Shown piece after piece: positions 46,111 to 60,900 of a stretch of 64,000 nucleotides of DNA; position 1 is the first letter of the stretch, and each line of letters begins with the position of its first letter. The position numbers and the translations under genes are program-made. A model generated the notes under the pieces. That model was not told the origin of the DNA and did not search any database. It worked only from the letters and a program-made list of their open reading frames with translations. Source of the DNA: Elsinoe ampelina (taxonomy: Eukaryota); assembly GCA_010093995.1 (NCBI GenBank), contig ML992501.1, positions 392,227 to 456,226 of the forward strand. The letters are read 5' to 3'.

Positions 46111-49100
46111 ATTGTTTTAGAGTTCTTTCTATAGGTAGTTTTATATAATAAGTTTAATAGTCTTATTAATCCTACTATGCCTCGCTATTAGGTTATTATA
46201 GTATATTTAAATAACTTCTTTCTTCTATTCTTATATAAGCTCCTAGGTAAGGCTATATAACTACTTTACCTTTAGGTGCTTATAGACTAGAGCGTTGTCT
46301 TACTACTTTAGTATAGAGGCCTCTATTATTATTATATTCTTTAAGTAATCTAGTTGTTAGCTAAGAGTATCTACTCTACTATTCTCTAATTCCTTAATAT
46401 AGTAGATCTAAAAGTTGTAGCTTATAAGTGTTTCTAACTATTAAACCTATTATCTATTAAGAACCTTAGTTATTGTCTAATATAATAGGTTCTTATAGTT
46501 AGTGTAGACTTATATAGGTAAGGTTGTTTCTTCTAGATATACTCTCTATTCGCGGAATACCTCTATAATTGCAAGTAACTCCTTATTATATATATCGTAG
46601 TTAAGTTTAGGTCTAGTTATTTTTCGTAAGTAGTATATAATTAAGTAGCGTTATTCTTTCGCGTTCTTCTACGCTAGATATACTTCTATTATAAAGTCTA
46701 AGGCATCCGTTTCTAGTAGTGCTTATTAGTCTAGGTTAAAGAGTACTAGAATAGGTACTATTATAAGTCTAAGCTTTAGCTCCTTAAAGGCCTACTTATA
46801 TTTCTTATTAAAGACAAATCTAGTTTCTTTCTTTATAAGGTTAAATATTAGCGTAGCTACCTTAGAGAATCCTTTAATAAACTTATAGTAGTAGTTAAAG
46901 AACTCTAGTAGCGCTTAAACCTCCTTAACTATAGTAGGTTCTAGCTAGTTATTTACTAACTTAATCTTTTTCAAGTCGGGTCCGATGCTATTAGTAGATA
47001 TAACATAGCCTAGAAATTATATCTTGTGTTTATAAAACTTACACTTAGAGAGCTTTACTAGTAGGTCTTTTTCTTTTAGTTTCTATAGCACTTTATAAAT
47101 ATATTCTACATGTTTATTGTACATCTTTAAGAAGATAATAATATTATCTAAATATACTAAGATAAAGTTATTAAGGTATTCTTATAGAGTGTTATTAATT
47201 AACTCTTAGAAGGTTATAGGAGCGTTAGTTAACCTAAAGGGCATAACGAGGTACTTATATAGACCCTATTACGTCCTAAAAGCTGTCTTTTACTCCTCGC
47301 CCTCCTTTATTTATACTTAATAATAAACATCCTTAATGTTAATTACGGTAAACTATTTAGCTCTAAGTAGTCGGTCTTAAAGTTTATTAATCCTTAGTAG
47401 AGAATAGCGATTCTTCCTAGTAAGTGTATTAAGTTTCTAGTAATTAATATATATTTATAATATTCTATCCTTTTTAGGTATAAAAAGCACTCCGTACGTA
47501 ATAGGTAATTTTAATAGTTATATAAATCCTTTAAGTAAGTGCTTGTTAATATAGTTCTTAAGGACGTTCTTCTCTTGTTTCGATAGTAGTATAAGACCTT
47601 AATAATATATTAGGGATTTACTCTCTTTAAAGAGTATTTTGTAATTCTATAGTTTATATTAGAGTAAGGCTATAATACCTTCTCTTTCTTTAAACAAGTT
47701 CTTAAAGTCTTTATATTCTAGTAGAAGTACTTAATCGCTTACGCTAGCGATAGCCCTAACTATTAGTCGTACCTATACTATCCTTATAGTTAGTATCTAT
47801 AGAGCTAATTATACTCCCTACGTCCTATAATTGTACTTAGGGAATTTAAGTGTTTCTTTAATCTAGTCTACGTCTAGATTATGTTATTAAAGCTAGTCTA
47901 TGCTAAGTACTATATTATACTATATGTCTACTATATCGATTAATCGTTTTTCTATATGTGTTTCGATTTTAATTATAACGTTTTATAGTTCCTAAGTAAC
48001 TTTCCTATTCTTCCCTATAGAGGTTCTATTCGCTATAGTAAGTAGGTAAGGTAACTCCTTCTAGTGTTAATAAGGTTTAAGCTAATTAGCAACTATTATA
48101 GAGACGTAGCTATAGTTAGCTCCTAAATCTATTATTGCTCTTACTTTACTCTCTTATATTTTAACTTCTAGTATAAAGTAGTTTAACATGTAGATCTTTA
48201 TTATATTAAGGCTTTAGCTAGTGTTATTGTCTTGCCCTATTAGGTAATAACTAGCTAGTTTTTTGTCATTGTAGCTCCTTAGATAAGTAGCTAATCCCTT
48301 CCTATACGTATCTACTATTAGTACTATATCTATTAAGTAAGTTATATTTTGTCGCTATTTAACATAGTAAGGTAAACTTCTAGCGCCTAAGTCCCTTAGT
48401 AACTATAAAGTCTAATAATTCTCTACTAGTTACACTAAGTAGTGTTACACACCTATATTAGTATAACTATTCCTTCTAGGTATAGCTAGGCGTTAGTATT
48501 AAAGACAAAAACAGGTTATGTAGATTTGTCTTATTATATCCTATTCTAGTAGTAGGTATATATTATTATATAATTCCTTTATATCTCTATAAGATATGCT
48601 TTAAGTCGTCTACCTAGTAGTAGTACGTCGTTGTCGTTGTTGTTATTATTAGATAAGTCCTTATTTATGTTATTATATTATAGTTATTCGGTGTATTCTT
48701 CGTTATATTCCTCTTCGTTACTACTGCCCCTAGCATAGTTATAGTTAGTAAGGCTATACTAAGTATATTCTCTTACTTAGCTATAGGGGATAGTACTATC
48801 TATTTTAATTACTAAGAAGTCTATAGTGTATTTAAGACTAATAGCGTCTTCTCTAAGTACATTATATAAGTAGATAGTATAGTACTATTCGCAATCTAGA
48901 TTTGTACATTTCTAGAGTAATATATAATATACCTTTCCTTATAGTACGCTATAAGGGCTAAAGGTAAGGCTACTATATTGTTATATAGCACTTACGTCCT
49001 AATACTTTGTCTCGATAATTGTATATTAGTAATTGTTACTAACTACCTTCTAAGGTTAGTTACTATTACTACTAATTATAGAAAGCTCTTCTAGGTTAGG

Positions 49101-50362
49101 TTCCTAGTCTAGCTATTTTGTTAGTTACCTACGCTTAGATAGCTTATATAGGAACTAACTAGATCTCTACTTGTCTAATAAGTAAATATAACAAGAGTTA
49201 TTATAATATACTATCTATAATAGCGTTACGTGTTAGCTTTATTATTTACTATCGGTTATAGAGATATTAAGCGTAATATCTAGAGAGAATTCTACTACCT
49301 CTCGAGTTATTATAGACTTCTTCTATGTTTCTTTACCTATGCTAAAGGTCGTTAGGTCTTCTATAGTAGTATTAGCCTTTTTCTCTACTAGCCTAGCAAC
49401 TATTATATATAATCTATTAGCTAGCGCCCCTTATTAGTAGTCCCTAGCCCGATGCCTAGGTCTTTTACACTTAAAATATAGATTGTCTCGTCTATACTTC
49501 TCTCTCTCTTTTTTACTAAGGAACTTTCCTCTATAGCTATAGCCTTGTGTCTATAAGGGGCAGCCTTCGTATATAGTATTAAGTTCTATAGGGTCTCTAT
49601 AGTTTCGGGAGGAACACGTATATCTAGTATTTACCTTATATCCTCTATAACGTTCTATATGTTATTTATAAAGTCTGTTATCGATAGTAATTGTAGTGTC
49701 TACTAGTTCCTAAAGACTATCGAGCAGCTTAAGTATTATTTAGTCTTTAACTAAGTCGCTTAGTCCTTAATAGAATACTAAGTGTTTAGTACTATTGTCC
49801 TAGTCTAGATACATTACGAGTTGTTAGAACTAGAAATAGTACTAGGCTATAGACCTATATTATTATAGTTATTAGATCTTCGTTATAGCGACGCGTTCCT
49901 TATTAGATATATTAAAGACTTACTTAATCTTTGCCTAGAAGATGCTAAAGCTCTTAAAGATAGCCTTTGTATCTAGGCCTAGTTATCTATCTAGGTAGCT
50001 ACTTATATAAGGCTCGAACTACTCGAAGGTAGCGCCTTTAAGGTGTATCCCGGCATAGAGGACCTTTACTATATCGTTAGCGTACTTATCTCTCTCTAGA
50101 GCAAAGAAGGCTTTAAGTTAAATAAGGAAGCGCCTTAAGTAGGTATAGTCTCTATAGAAGAGTTCTACTTCTAACTTAGGCTTACTCTATCCTTCTATAC
50201 TAAAAGACCTTCTATGTTTACTCAAGGTTAAACTAGTAGTAGACATGTTGTTAATAGTAAGCTTTCCTAGCTTACTAGCGATTAAAGATGCTAATAGTAA
50301 CTTAGAGCGAGAGTTACTTATTAACCTCGTAGCGTGCTATACTATAGTAAGGGTAGTTAAAA

Positions 50363-50825
50363 TATTATAAACCGTCTAAATATAGCCTATACTAGTAGTC
50401 TAAGCTAAGCTAAGAACGAGGTAGTTCTACTTCTATAGTAGTATAGTACTAAGGTAAGAGTTGGAGAAGGTATATCTTATAGATAATAAAGTATAATTAG
50501 ATAGTATTACAAAGGCTAGCCTTAGTAATACTAGTGTTTACTATCTAGACAAGGTTAACTATAGTACTTATATAAGGTAAGGACTACTCTTATATATATA
50601 TGTTCTTTACTGTGTACTCTATATACTTTATGTACTTCGTAGCGAGAGTCGGGAGCAATATAGAGTATATATCTACTAGTAACCTACGTGCTCTATAGTC
50701 CCCGGGGCAGAGCTACTAGAGAAGATAGAGAACTAGGTAAACGTTAGGCCAAGTCACGTAATAACCTTAGCAGTTTAATTAGTCCTAACGTCTCTACGCT
50801 TTAGCTATCCTACTAGTTCGTAACA
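50363..50825 (-). repeat. 5' LTR of the outer gypsy element
   Basis: TATTATAAACC (RIPed TG start)...CGTAACA; same length as the left LTR. Confidence 0.95.
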
Positions 50826-50830
50826 TTAGC

Positions 50831-53800
50831 TTCTTAATTAGAGTAGTAATAAGACTAATAGTTTACTAATTGTTATACTAAATACTAACATATTTAAGGG
50901 GATAGATAGAGGCTATTAGCCTCCTCTACTATATAGCTTACTTAGTAGTCTCTATAAGAGTAAGTAGCTTAGCCTCTATAATTAATATTATAACTATTAG
51001 TTACTTTATAGCCTTCTAGTTAATTAATCCTTAAAATATCTTAAAGAGATAGCCTTAAAGGCTCTTCCTTATTAAGTAGCTACTAAAGCTAGCATCTAAT
51101 AAAGCTTAAAAGATTAGTAGTAGTATTAAGCTATTAAAGGTAAGAGCTAAATTCTTAGTTTTATAGAGATATTAGATTACTCTATTTACTATTCTCTAGT
51201 AAGTTAGTAATAAATTTATTAGATACTTTAACAATCTAAAAGTAGTAAAGGCTATATTAGGCCTTATAATAACTACTATAAAGTTAATAGATCCAACCTT
51301 TTACTAATATAGATAGATCTCTTATAGTAATACTTAGCCTTTATAAAGTTAAAGTATCTTAATTAGTAGTAGTATTAATACTAGCCTTGTTAGTTCTATA
51401 ATAAACTTACTATATATCTATTATATATACTAGGCTTAGCTAAGCTAGAGTCTCTTTATTAGTCTATCCCTTATAACTTAGATAGCTAGAAACTAGCTTA
51501 GATCTCTAAGTACCTTTATCTTAGATTTAGTATAGAGAGCTATAATAATAGTATTAGCTTTCTCTTTATGCTTCTTAAGGTATATAATAGTAATATTATC
51601 TACAAAGAAGAAGATTATTACATTAAGAATTAGCTAGAGGTAAGAAGCCTTAGAGGCCTAAGTAAAACTAATACTCTTTAGAGTAGTAGTAAATTTAGTA
51701 TACTAGAGAGCTAGAGCTTATTTAAGACTATATAAGGCCTTATTAAGCAAGAGAGGTATATAAAGTAGAGAGAACAACTAAACTAAATCTAGTTTAGAAT
51801 CTAGTTTAGTATCTAGTTTAGAATCTAGTTTAGAATCTAGTTTAGAATCTAGTTTAGAATCTAGTTTAGAATCTAGTTTAGAATCTAGTTTAGTAGCTAA
51901 ACTAGATACTATCTTAGACTCTAAGTTAAAGCAATCTAGATTAAGGGCTAAGCCTATCTTAGTAGCTAGATAAGAGTTACCCTATCACACTAGATTAGTT
52001 ACTACCTCTATTAGACTAATTAGAAAAGGCTATTCTAGATCTAAACCTAGCTTAGATCTAGGAATCTTTACTAAATAAATAGTTCTTTAATGCTCTAGCC
52101 TTACTACTATCTATAGTAGTATAGCTATCTCCTCTACTACTAGGAGGAGATAAAGCTAAAGGAGATAAGATAGAAGTTTAGACTAAAGAGGTAGTTAAAG
52201 CTTAGCCTAAGTAACTCCCTTAAAGAATTGCTATAAGGTTAGCTAACCTTCTTCCTAAATATATCCTTATAATAAGAAGAATAAGAAAACTAAGAAGGTA
52301 AATATATATTACTACTCTTATATAAACTAATAAGGCTTCTAGATATTACTAAGCCTTTAATACTTATCTATTAATAACACTAACTTAGCCTAAGCTAGAA
52401 TTAAGAGATAATCTTCTACTACTACTAGCTAATATTAAAGAACTTAAGGCTTATTCTTATAAGAAGCAATTTTAAGAGGCTATAAAGGTTAAATTACTTA
52501 CTTTACACTTAAAATATATATAGACTATTATACTAGTAGATACTTATAGCATTACTTACTTATAAAGATATAGAGGCTATCTAGATAGATGTTATTAATA
52601 CCTATATTAATAGTCCTATTAATAAGACTACCTACTATACTATCTCTACTAGATTTAAGCTAGTAGTAGAGGATCTTATAAAGGACTATCCTAGTATTAC
52701 TCTATTAGATATAATCCTTTAGATTTATTAACCTCCTATAGGAGCCTTAGTAGATTAAGTAATCTAATTAGTTTTAGCTAAGGTTATTCCTCTAGCTTAT
52801 AGAACTAAGTGTTTATTAAATCTAATATCTCTTATTCTAATAACCTTCTTAAAGGCTAGTATAAAGATCCTAAAGATATTAGTTAAGTTATAGCTAACTA
52901 GATAGCTAATATAAGTCCTTAGTATAAGCTTATTACTACTTATAATAAGCTTATCTAAAGTATAAGCTTTATATCTAAGTAGCCTAAGATAAGCAACTAA
53001 TAGAGAACATCTATAAACTAGCTTAAAAGAAGTCTTCTAGTCTAGCTTCTTAAGAGGTATTCTATTAATTAGATAGGCTACTAATCTATATAGTTTAGAG
53101 TATAATTCCCTTAGTAGATTAGTAAAGATAGTAATTACTCTTACTCTCCTTAATAGTATAGCTCCTATCCTTTTATTATAACTATTCTAAGCTTAAGTAT
53201 AGGGAGTAGATAGCTTATAATAGATTCCTTTACTATCTAGAAAGATAGTAAATTTAAGGCTAAAGGCCTTCTTATTATTACTCCTAAGAAATCTAATTTT
53301 AAAGCTAAAATTACTTTTAATATAAGTAATTATCTTAATATAGATTTTATTAATCTTATATCTATAAGTATAAGTAGTAACTAGTTAATAGTTAGTAGTC
53401 CTATAAGTAAAGTAGCTTATATATCTTGCCTTATTATAGCTAGTAAATCTGTTAATAATAATATTAAAAGTAGTTCTCTTAAATAGCTTAAATATAGCAA
53501 GTTTAGTGTTAGAGCTCCTTAATATAATCTACTAAGTATTTAATAGCTTACAAGTCTAATATAGAGACCTAAGATAAATTAGTTAAGCTAAACTAGGCTT
53601 AGTTAGAGTTAGTTTACTACTAACTATAGTAGTTAGAAGGTAATTAATAGACTCTAAGCTTAGATAGCCTATAACTTTATACTAAGATTAATTAGTCCTT
53701 ATAGTAACTATAGTAAATACTAATAGTAGATAATTATTATTATTCCTTAATACTATAGTAGTAATATTAGGAACTTTAGAGTTATTCTTAAGAATACATT

Positions 53801-54926
53801 AGTTATACTTTAGTATAACTAAGAAGAGTACTTTTCCTTTATAGCTAATCTCTATAGTTTAAGTATTCTAGTAGACTTTACTATTAATAAACCTCCTAAG
53901 GCTAACTAGATTAGTTATAATTAATAGTATATAGGCTACCTTTATAAGATAGATAGTTATAGACTTTCCTTTATAAAGAGCTATAATATTAATAGTTCTC
54001 TAACTCTTAATACTAAGTAAGGTATTACTATAGAATAGCTTCTTATAAGGTTCTATAATTCTAGTAACCTTATATCTATCCTTTATAGTATAATTATAGA
54101 TATAATTAGTTACTCTAGAATCTAGTATCTATAAGTTAGAGATATTACTAGTAGCTAAAATAAATACTAAGTATAATCTAATAGTAATAGCTATATTAAT
54201 TAACACTAGTAGGGTTAACCCTTTCTAATATTATACTTTCTTAGTAATAGAAGCCTTAATTCTCTCTTTAAGAGTCTTATTATTTAGCCTTTGTTTAACC
54301 TTCTTTATAGTCTACTAGTTTAGTATCTATCCTTCTAGCCTTAGATACTTATTTAAGTAATAGTACTTAATCTACTTATACCAGCCTTAGTATATATATT
54401 TAGGCTCCCTAGAGGAACTAGATTTCTTATAAAGAATATTCTTAGTAGCTATAGAGAAGGCTATAGCCCCCTTACTAGCCTTTATAGTACTATATAGCTT
54501 ATAGAGTTTATAAAACTATCTAAACTTAGTAATTAGTTTAAGTATAGTTAGCAGAGTTAGTAAATCTAGATTAATAAGGTATTTATTAGCAAATACTAGT
54601 TTAGTTTTTAAGATAGAGAGTAAGAAGTCTCTTTATAGCCTTAAGCCTTAAGCTTCTAGTAGATTATAGTTCCTAGCCTTGTCTATAACCTCTTTCTATT
54701 ACTAAAGCTAATAATCTATATTCTATAAGAAAGAGCTAGATAGCTACTTCCTCTAGAGTACTTTAACCTCGAGCTAAATAGCTATATTAGATAGAGCAAA
54801 TCTGTTCTTTAATGCCCTAAGAATAGCCTATAGATAAGAATCCTCTTCTAGTTAGATAATAGTAAGAACTTATAGTACAATTAATAACTAAATAAGGCTA
54901 GCTAAATTAGCTAAGGCCTTATACTA
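50831..54926 (-). mobile_element. Body of the RIPed Ty1/copia element (gag-PR-IN-RT-RNase H), with an internal inversion and a truncated or interrupted gag
   Basis: Minus-strand remnants in copia order: gag ILRALKNRFAL (~54810), knuckle YIY*GWYK*IKYYYL (~54380), protease *ILDSR (~54125), *YKVIGYL (~53675), SH3 ISYLVSYNLTNIFRIF...RIRDIRFN (~52870), RT VLRDLS*FLAI (~51500), RNase H YNN**TI (~50865). Confidence 0.85.
51787..51894 (+). repeat. 12-bp minisatellite (ATCTAGTTTAG[A/T])x9 in the copia IN-RT linker
   Basis: Directly visible head-to-tail copies with no spacers. The unit length is a multiple of 3, consistent with a former peptide repeat. Confidence 0.9.
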
Positions 54927-57900
54927 CGTTACGAAATCTCTAACGCTAGGGAGCTACGTTAGACTACTTCTAAGTAACTAACTTAGTTTAACTTAGTTTA
55001 ATATAATTCTCTAGTTACCTCTAGGTCCTACTTAGAAGTAATATAGTTTTTCCCTATAGAAATCTAAAAACCTCTAATACGTAGTAAACAGAGACGGCCT
55101 AATAGTAGATAGTGCACTACGTGCATTTCTTATCTTAGTTTAAGCGTTTCTTAGTTCGCGAAGTAATTAGTTTATGTCTACTCTATAAGCTTAATAATAT
55201 TAATTATAGAAATATTCTATTACGTAGCTTACCTTATAGTATATATTATATATGTCTATATATTATATAGACCTTGTAATTCGTCTACTACGTCTAGAAA
55301 ATTATACAAGGTTACTAGAATATATATATTGCTTTACATTCTACCTAATGCTACTCTTAATAATAATATATATACTATCTTCTTATAATTCTATATCCTT
55401 ATCCCTTAGTTCTATAAAAGTATCTCTATTTAGTAGATGTCTATTCTCCTTAATGTCTAAGATACTACTACTATACTTTAGACCGATTTAGTACTATAAG
55501 ACTAGTTTACGTAGTAGGCCTCTAAACTTCTTATATACGAAGGACAAAAAGTTTATCTACATTTATATACCTAAGAAATCCTTCTACTACGCCTCGACTA
55601 CTAGTAAATTGCTATTAAGTTGTCCGTCTTAGAATAGTATAGCATGTGTATAATTAAGTAGCCTAGGTAAATGTCGCTATTAAGTCTATTAATTCTCGTA
55701 TATACTAACTATAACCTAACTTAGTTTAGTAGTAGTTAAAGTCATAACAAGGTTGCTATTTATATTAGGTATCTACGCTAGCTATACTTCTATTATAGGA
55801 GTTACTATAGGACAATTTAGTACTTTACTCCTGTATATAAACTAAGTAGTACCTTAATACGCTATAATAGAGCGTTTAGCCTTAATTAGACACTCTTCTC
55901 GATCTATTAGTATTAAACTTAAGAAGCTAATAGGAAAATTAAGCTTACCTCTTAAAAGGTGCTTAGTAGGAGTATTTCGTACCGGTGCTATATAATAGCT
56001 ATTACTCCCGCTATTAGGCCTATTATTATATACCTAACTTCTCTATAAGTTAGTTTAAAGTTAGGTAGGCCGAACTAAAATAAGAAGGTATATATATACC
56101 TTTCCCTTGTATCTTCTCTATTTAATAGTCCCTTTATAGTATTAGTGTAAAGAGATATATTTAACACTACTACTATAATAGTAAGTCTATTTCTCTCGAC
56201 GTACTTAGCAAAGCTAAGTTTTAGCTAACGAAGGATAAGAACCTATCTCGGGCTAATCTACGCTAAGAAGTTATTCTAAATGCTTAGTTAAATATTATTA
56301 AGCTCTAAAGGTTCTATATATTTAAATACTAGTATTCCCTTAGGTAAGTAGGACTTAACTTTATCTACTTACTTAACTAAGAGTATATAAATTGTCGCTA
56401 GAAGAGAGAAAATAAGAAAGAGTATTAGTTTATTAAAGTAATAGCAAGTGCTAGCTATTATAGCTAAGCCTATATGTCTAATAAAAGCTACTTAGAAGGC
56501 TTTATATATTAAAGGACTCCTAAAGCGTTTACGCTACTATATATAAGTAATTAATTAATAAGTATATCTAGCACGTACTAAATTGCTATCCTTGTATTAG
56601 TACTTTCTTTTCTCTAGTAGCCTACGTGCTTAATTCGGTAGCTTACTATCCTCTAGCCCCTTAGCTAGCTATTCGTAGTAGAGTATCTCGCTTACTATTT
56701 ATATAATGTTATTATAACTATAGTAGAGCGCCTCTCGGAGCTATATATATATTAATAAGTAATTAGCTTTAGCTACGTAACTTACCTTACTAGCTATAAC
56801 TATAGAAGAGTATTTGCCTATAGTCCTCTATAGATAAAGTACTAGTAGCTAGTTATAGACTAAGCGCTAGTACTATATAATTCGTAGGAGTAGCTATTAA
56901 TTGTCTAATGTTAGTAATATTATATTATAATCTACTCTAATAGCTATACTTATATATAGATTATTATATACTGCCTCGAAAATGTCGAGATACTAGTTTA
57001 GTACGTTCTATTGCCTCTGCTTTACTATCTTAACTAGCGTAGAGACTAATGTTAGACTATTCTTATCGAGTTATAGCTCCCTTAAACTCGGATCGAGAGT
57101 AGTAATGTCTAATTTATACCTTCTCCTTTGTCTTTAATATTATATTTATAGCCTATATAGTTAGCTTAGTCTCCCTTAATACTAAAGCCTTACTCTACTT
57201 TATTCTAGTTAAAATAACCTAAATTGTTATCTTTAGAATACTTATTAGTCTTATAGTCTAAGCTATATAGGCGCTAACGTACCTAAGATATCTTAGTTTA
57301 TAATAGTTCTAATAAAGAGATATATAGGTATAAGAGAGTTAGTAAGGCAGGCTAGAATAATATATGCTATAAGGGGGATAGATAGTTATCTTATATACGT
57401 TATAGTAACTTAGCGTTAGTTTAAGTTAGATAATAGCTTAGTTAGGTGTTTAAAGTATATAACTTTCTTCTAATTAGAATTAGTTATATCCGCCTATACC
57501 CTAAAGTAATCTTAACTAGCAAGGATATTAAATTAGACTTATAGCTAGGTCTAACTTGCGGAGTGCTAATTACTAGAAGCTAAACTAAAAAAGAAAGCTA
57601 CTTAAACTTACTTAGACTAAATACTTAAACTAAATATAGCATTTGTTATTAGGTTAAGTAATAATTAAAGTAGAAATACATCGAGAGAAATTATAGATTA
57701 AACTTAGACTAAGTAATTATATACTAATTCGAAAGACTATAGGAACTAGCTATTATATATATAGACAAGTAGTATAATTTATATAGTAGCTCCCTTATTA
57801 ATTACGTTAGTAGTCCCTCCTTTACTAAGTAGTATATCTTTTAAGTGCTAAAAGCATTAATTGCTTACTATCTTACTATCTAGAGTGTCTAAATAAGATA

Positions 57901-60900
57901 CGCTAGATAGAGTAGCTTATCTTCTACTAATTATGTTACAATAGAGAGTAGATGTTAATTAGCTATTAGTAACTATATATAGTAATAGTAGAGTAGCACT
58001 ATTAGTATAGCGTTATATACCCTTATTTAATCCGAATAAGCCCCTTAACACTCTACTAGTAAGGTCTATAGAGGCGACGCTAAACGCATAAAAAGCTTTA
58101 CTAATATGCTTCCTAAGTATATTATTCTCTCGCTAGAGTTATCTAATTAAGCTTATATTCTCCTCTACTATTAATTGTAATTAGCTTACTTCCTACTAAA
58201 CAAGTGTAATGTCTTCCTCTAGGAGTTACTATCTATTAAGCTATTTAGGCTACTAGGTCCTATATTGCTTTTACTAGCTACTAACGTAATTATACTCTTC
58301 TCTATATATATATAGTAGAGAGCTTCTAATTTAAGCCTCTAGCTAGTTAGGGAGACTATTAGAAGACTATACTTTAATACCTAAATAGATAAGAGAAGCC
58401 TATATACTTAATTCTATAGTCTAGATATTAGCTACTAGAGAAACAAGGTTAGTATAATTAACATCTATACTTAGGAGCCTAGTCAAAAGATACTAATAGA
58501 CCCGATAGATTAATAGTAGAAGGATAGATAAGTAATTCTAAAGAGCAATTTAGTTAAAAGGTAAGGAAGGATAAAGCGTAGTAAACGAACTAAAACTCTA
58601 GGGTTTAGTAGTAAGTATAGCTTAGCGTAGATTACCCTATTACTTTTTAGTTCGACTTAGTCTACTACTAGACTATTCTCCTTTATACTTGCTTCGGCTA
58701 GATGCTTTCCTTAATCTCGTTACCTTATTAGAATATAAAGAGGTAAACTATGTAATATCTTAGACAAGATAATAGCCTTAAACTAGATAATATTCTCTAT
58801 TATAGCGAAATATAGTGTTCTATTGTCCTTCTAACCTATAACATTGCTTTACTTATTATATATATAGTAGTCCGTTATAATCGATATTACCCTTAGCTAA
58901 TTAAACTTAATATCTATATCCTCCTTAGATATAGTAGTTATAGCTTTATAACATATAAGTAGAAGATCTCTAATCGAGTAGATAGGATATATCTCTCTAT
59001 CCTTATAAACTACTAATAGTATATTATCTAGTCGATTAGAGAGTAAAGGCGCTTATAATTACAATTAGCAATCCGAGGATTTATTTAAGGTAAGTATATT
59101 AGTACTATTCTATACTCCTCTAGGCTTATATAATCTTAAGTGTAACTATACCTACTAATGTCTAAAATTAGTACTTATCTTATAGATAAGAGCACGGAAG
59201 GTAGCTTAACTATTACTACTCTCTAAGAGCTCTATCGTATACTAAAATATATACCGAATGTTATTACTATCTAGTACTACTAGAAGTACTTTCTTCTCTA
59301 ACTTTCTCCTGTTAGAAATTGACCTAAATATTCTTCTAACTATGTCTTTACCTATTATAATATTCTCTAAGAGACTATATAAGTCTCTATAGCCTTTATT
59401 GTTAAGGGCGAGGGCTTACTTAATAGCTTTAATTAAGTATATCGCTAGTTAATAAGAAGCAGATATAGGTATAGCTATAGAGAGGAGAAGGAAAGAAAGA
59501 GAGAGTAGAGATAGAAGAGTAGCAGTATAGGTAGCAATTTAGTGCAAGTGTTACTTATAATAGATAAGCCTTAGATCTTAGTTTACTTACGAGAGAGGCA
59601 TACTAGAATTGTGCTTAGTTATAATTAGTTAGCCTAAACTAACACTTATAGAACTATAAAGTTTAACGCGCTAAACTTTATCTCCTCTTAGTTTTATTAT
59701 ATACTTATTATATAGCAATATAACTATATTATAAATACGATTTATAATAACGCCTTAGTTTATGCCCTCTACTTATACTAACCTAAACGTAGGCGTTAGT
59801 GTCCCTAGTATAACCTTTTCTCTCCTCTCTATCTAACCTTAATAATAGCTAGCTATCTATTATAGTAGATTCCCGCGCCTAGTACACTATAATTATTCAT
59901 TATTATATATACTATAGCAACTCTAACATTTACTCCTGCCTTGCTATTGCTACTACTTCTAATAGTATCCTCTACACCGGCTGTATTATGTTTATAGGAT
60001 TAACTACTACTAGTACCTAGTAGTTACGCCGGAGTAAATCTATTATAGTATACCTCTCTATCTTGCCTACTACGCCGCTATAGGCTTAAGGGTGCATAAG
60101 GAGACTCCGATACCTCTTTCTCTCTCCCCGCTACTACTGCCCTCTATAGCTTTCTTTATACTAGCTATATATTATTAGTAGAATTAGCTACTATCTCTAC
60201 CTAGTAGCTATAACTAAGCGAATCTATCGCAGAGCATCTCCTAATCTTACGGACAGCGCTACTAGGGGTTCTAGCGTATATAAAGAGAGTAAAGAAGCTA
60301 GTATCTACTAGGAATTACCTACCTTATAGTATAAGAATATTAAGGGGAGAATTATAGAGGAATAACTAGTATAATAAAGGGGAAGAGATAGAGGCATATC
60401 GTAGGCAAAGATATATCTACTACCTCCTACTAGATAGTAGCTTACTATAGAGAGTATCGTAGGCGAAGCTATACTAGTAGTATTCTCTTTTATAATTGCT
60501 TTTATAGCGGGGTTTTATTATTAGTAGCGCTTTATTATAACTTTCTTACGTTAGCGATATACTTCTTTCTATGTAGATTATATACCTATTACTTTAATCT
60601 CCCTCCTTTAACTAGTAAATAAAATCTCCTTGTCTAATACGTATAAGTATACTATATATCTTTCTTTATTTCTTATTATTTGTCTTATCTCCTGTCTACT
60701 ATAAAGACATTAAGGTTATTACTTTACACGATAATACTCTTTGTTAAATAGTCTACTAGCTATTTAGAGCATATATAACTTTATATATAGTACTAATATA
60801 TAAGTGTTTAGTATAGTTAATTACTTTAATACTAATTTTCTATAATAATTAGCACTTATAATATTCTCTAATAGCTATGTTTTATTTGCTTACCTAATTT

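Larger units (their letters stand above)
37543..50825 (-). mobile_element. Outer full-length Ty3/gypsy chromovirus, RIPed; 463-bp LTRs at 37543..38005 and 50363..50825; TSD TTAGC
   Basis: The LTRs are colinear. TTAGC occurs at 37538-42 and 50826-30, and a PPT lies next to 38006. RIPed motifs: Gag knuckle YFKCKRPRHRARDY (~49460), protease AIIDLGA (~48130), RT VYLDNI (~47150), RNase H ETDALDF (~46705), integrase TSFYL*TD (~39445), chromodomain YKIERVL..YLIY*KG (~38800). Confidence 0.95.

Noticed and set aside
51787..51894. Regular repeat array as a CRISPR
   Set aside because: There are no spacers, the unit is a 12-bp tandem, and the context is a eukaryotic transposon.
55252..55491. 79-aa ORF in the AT-rich block
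   Set aside because: The Ile/Leu/Tyr-rich product is typical of a chance frame in RIPed DNA.
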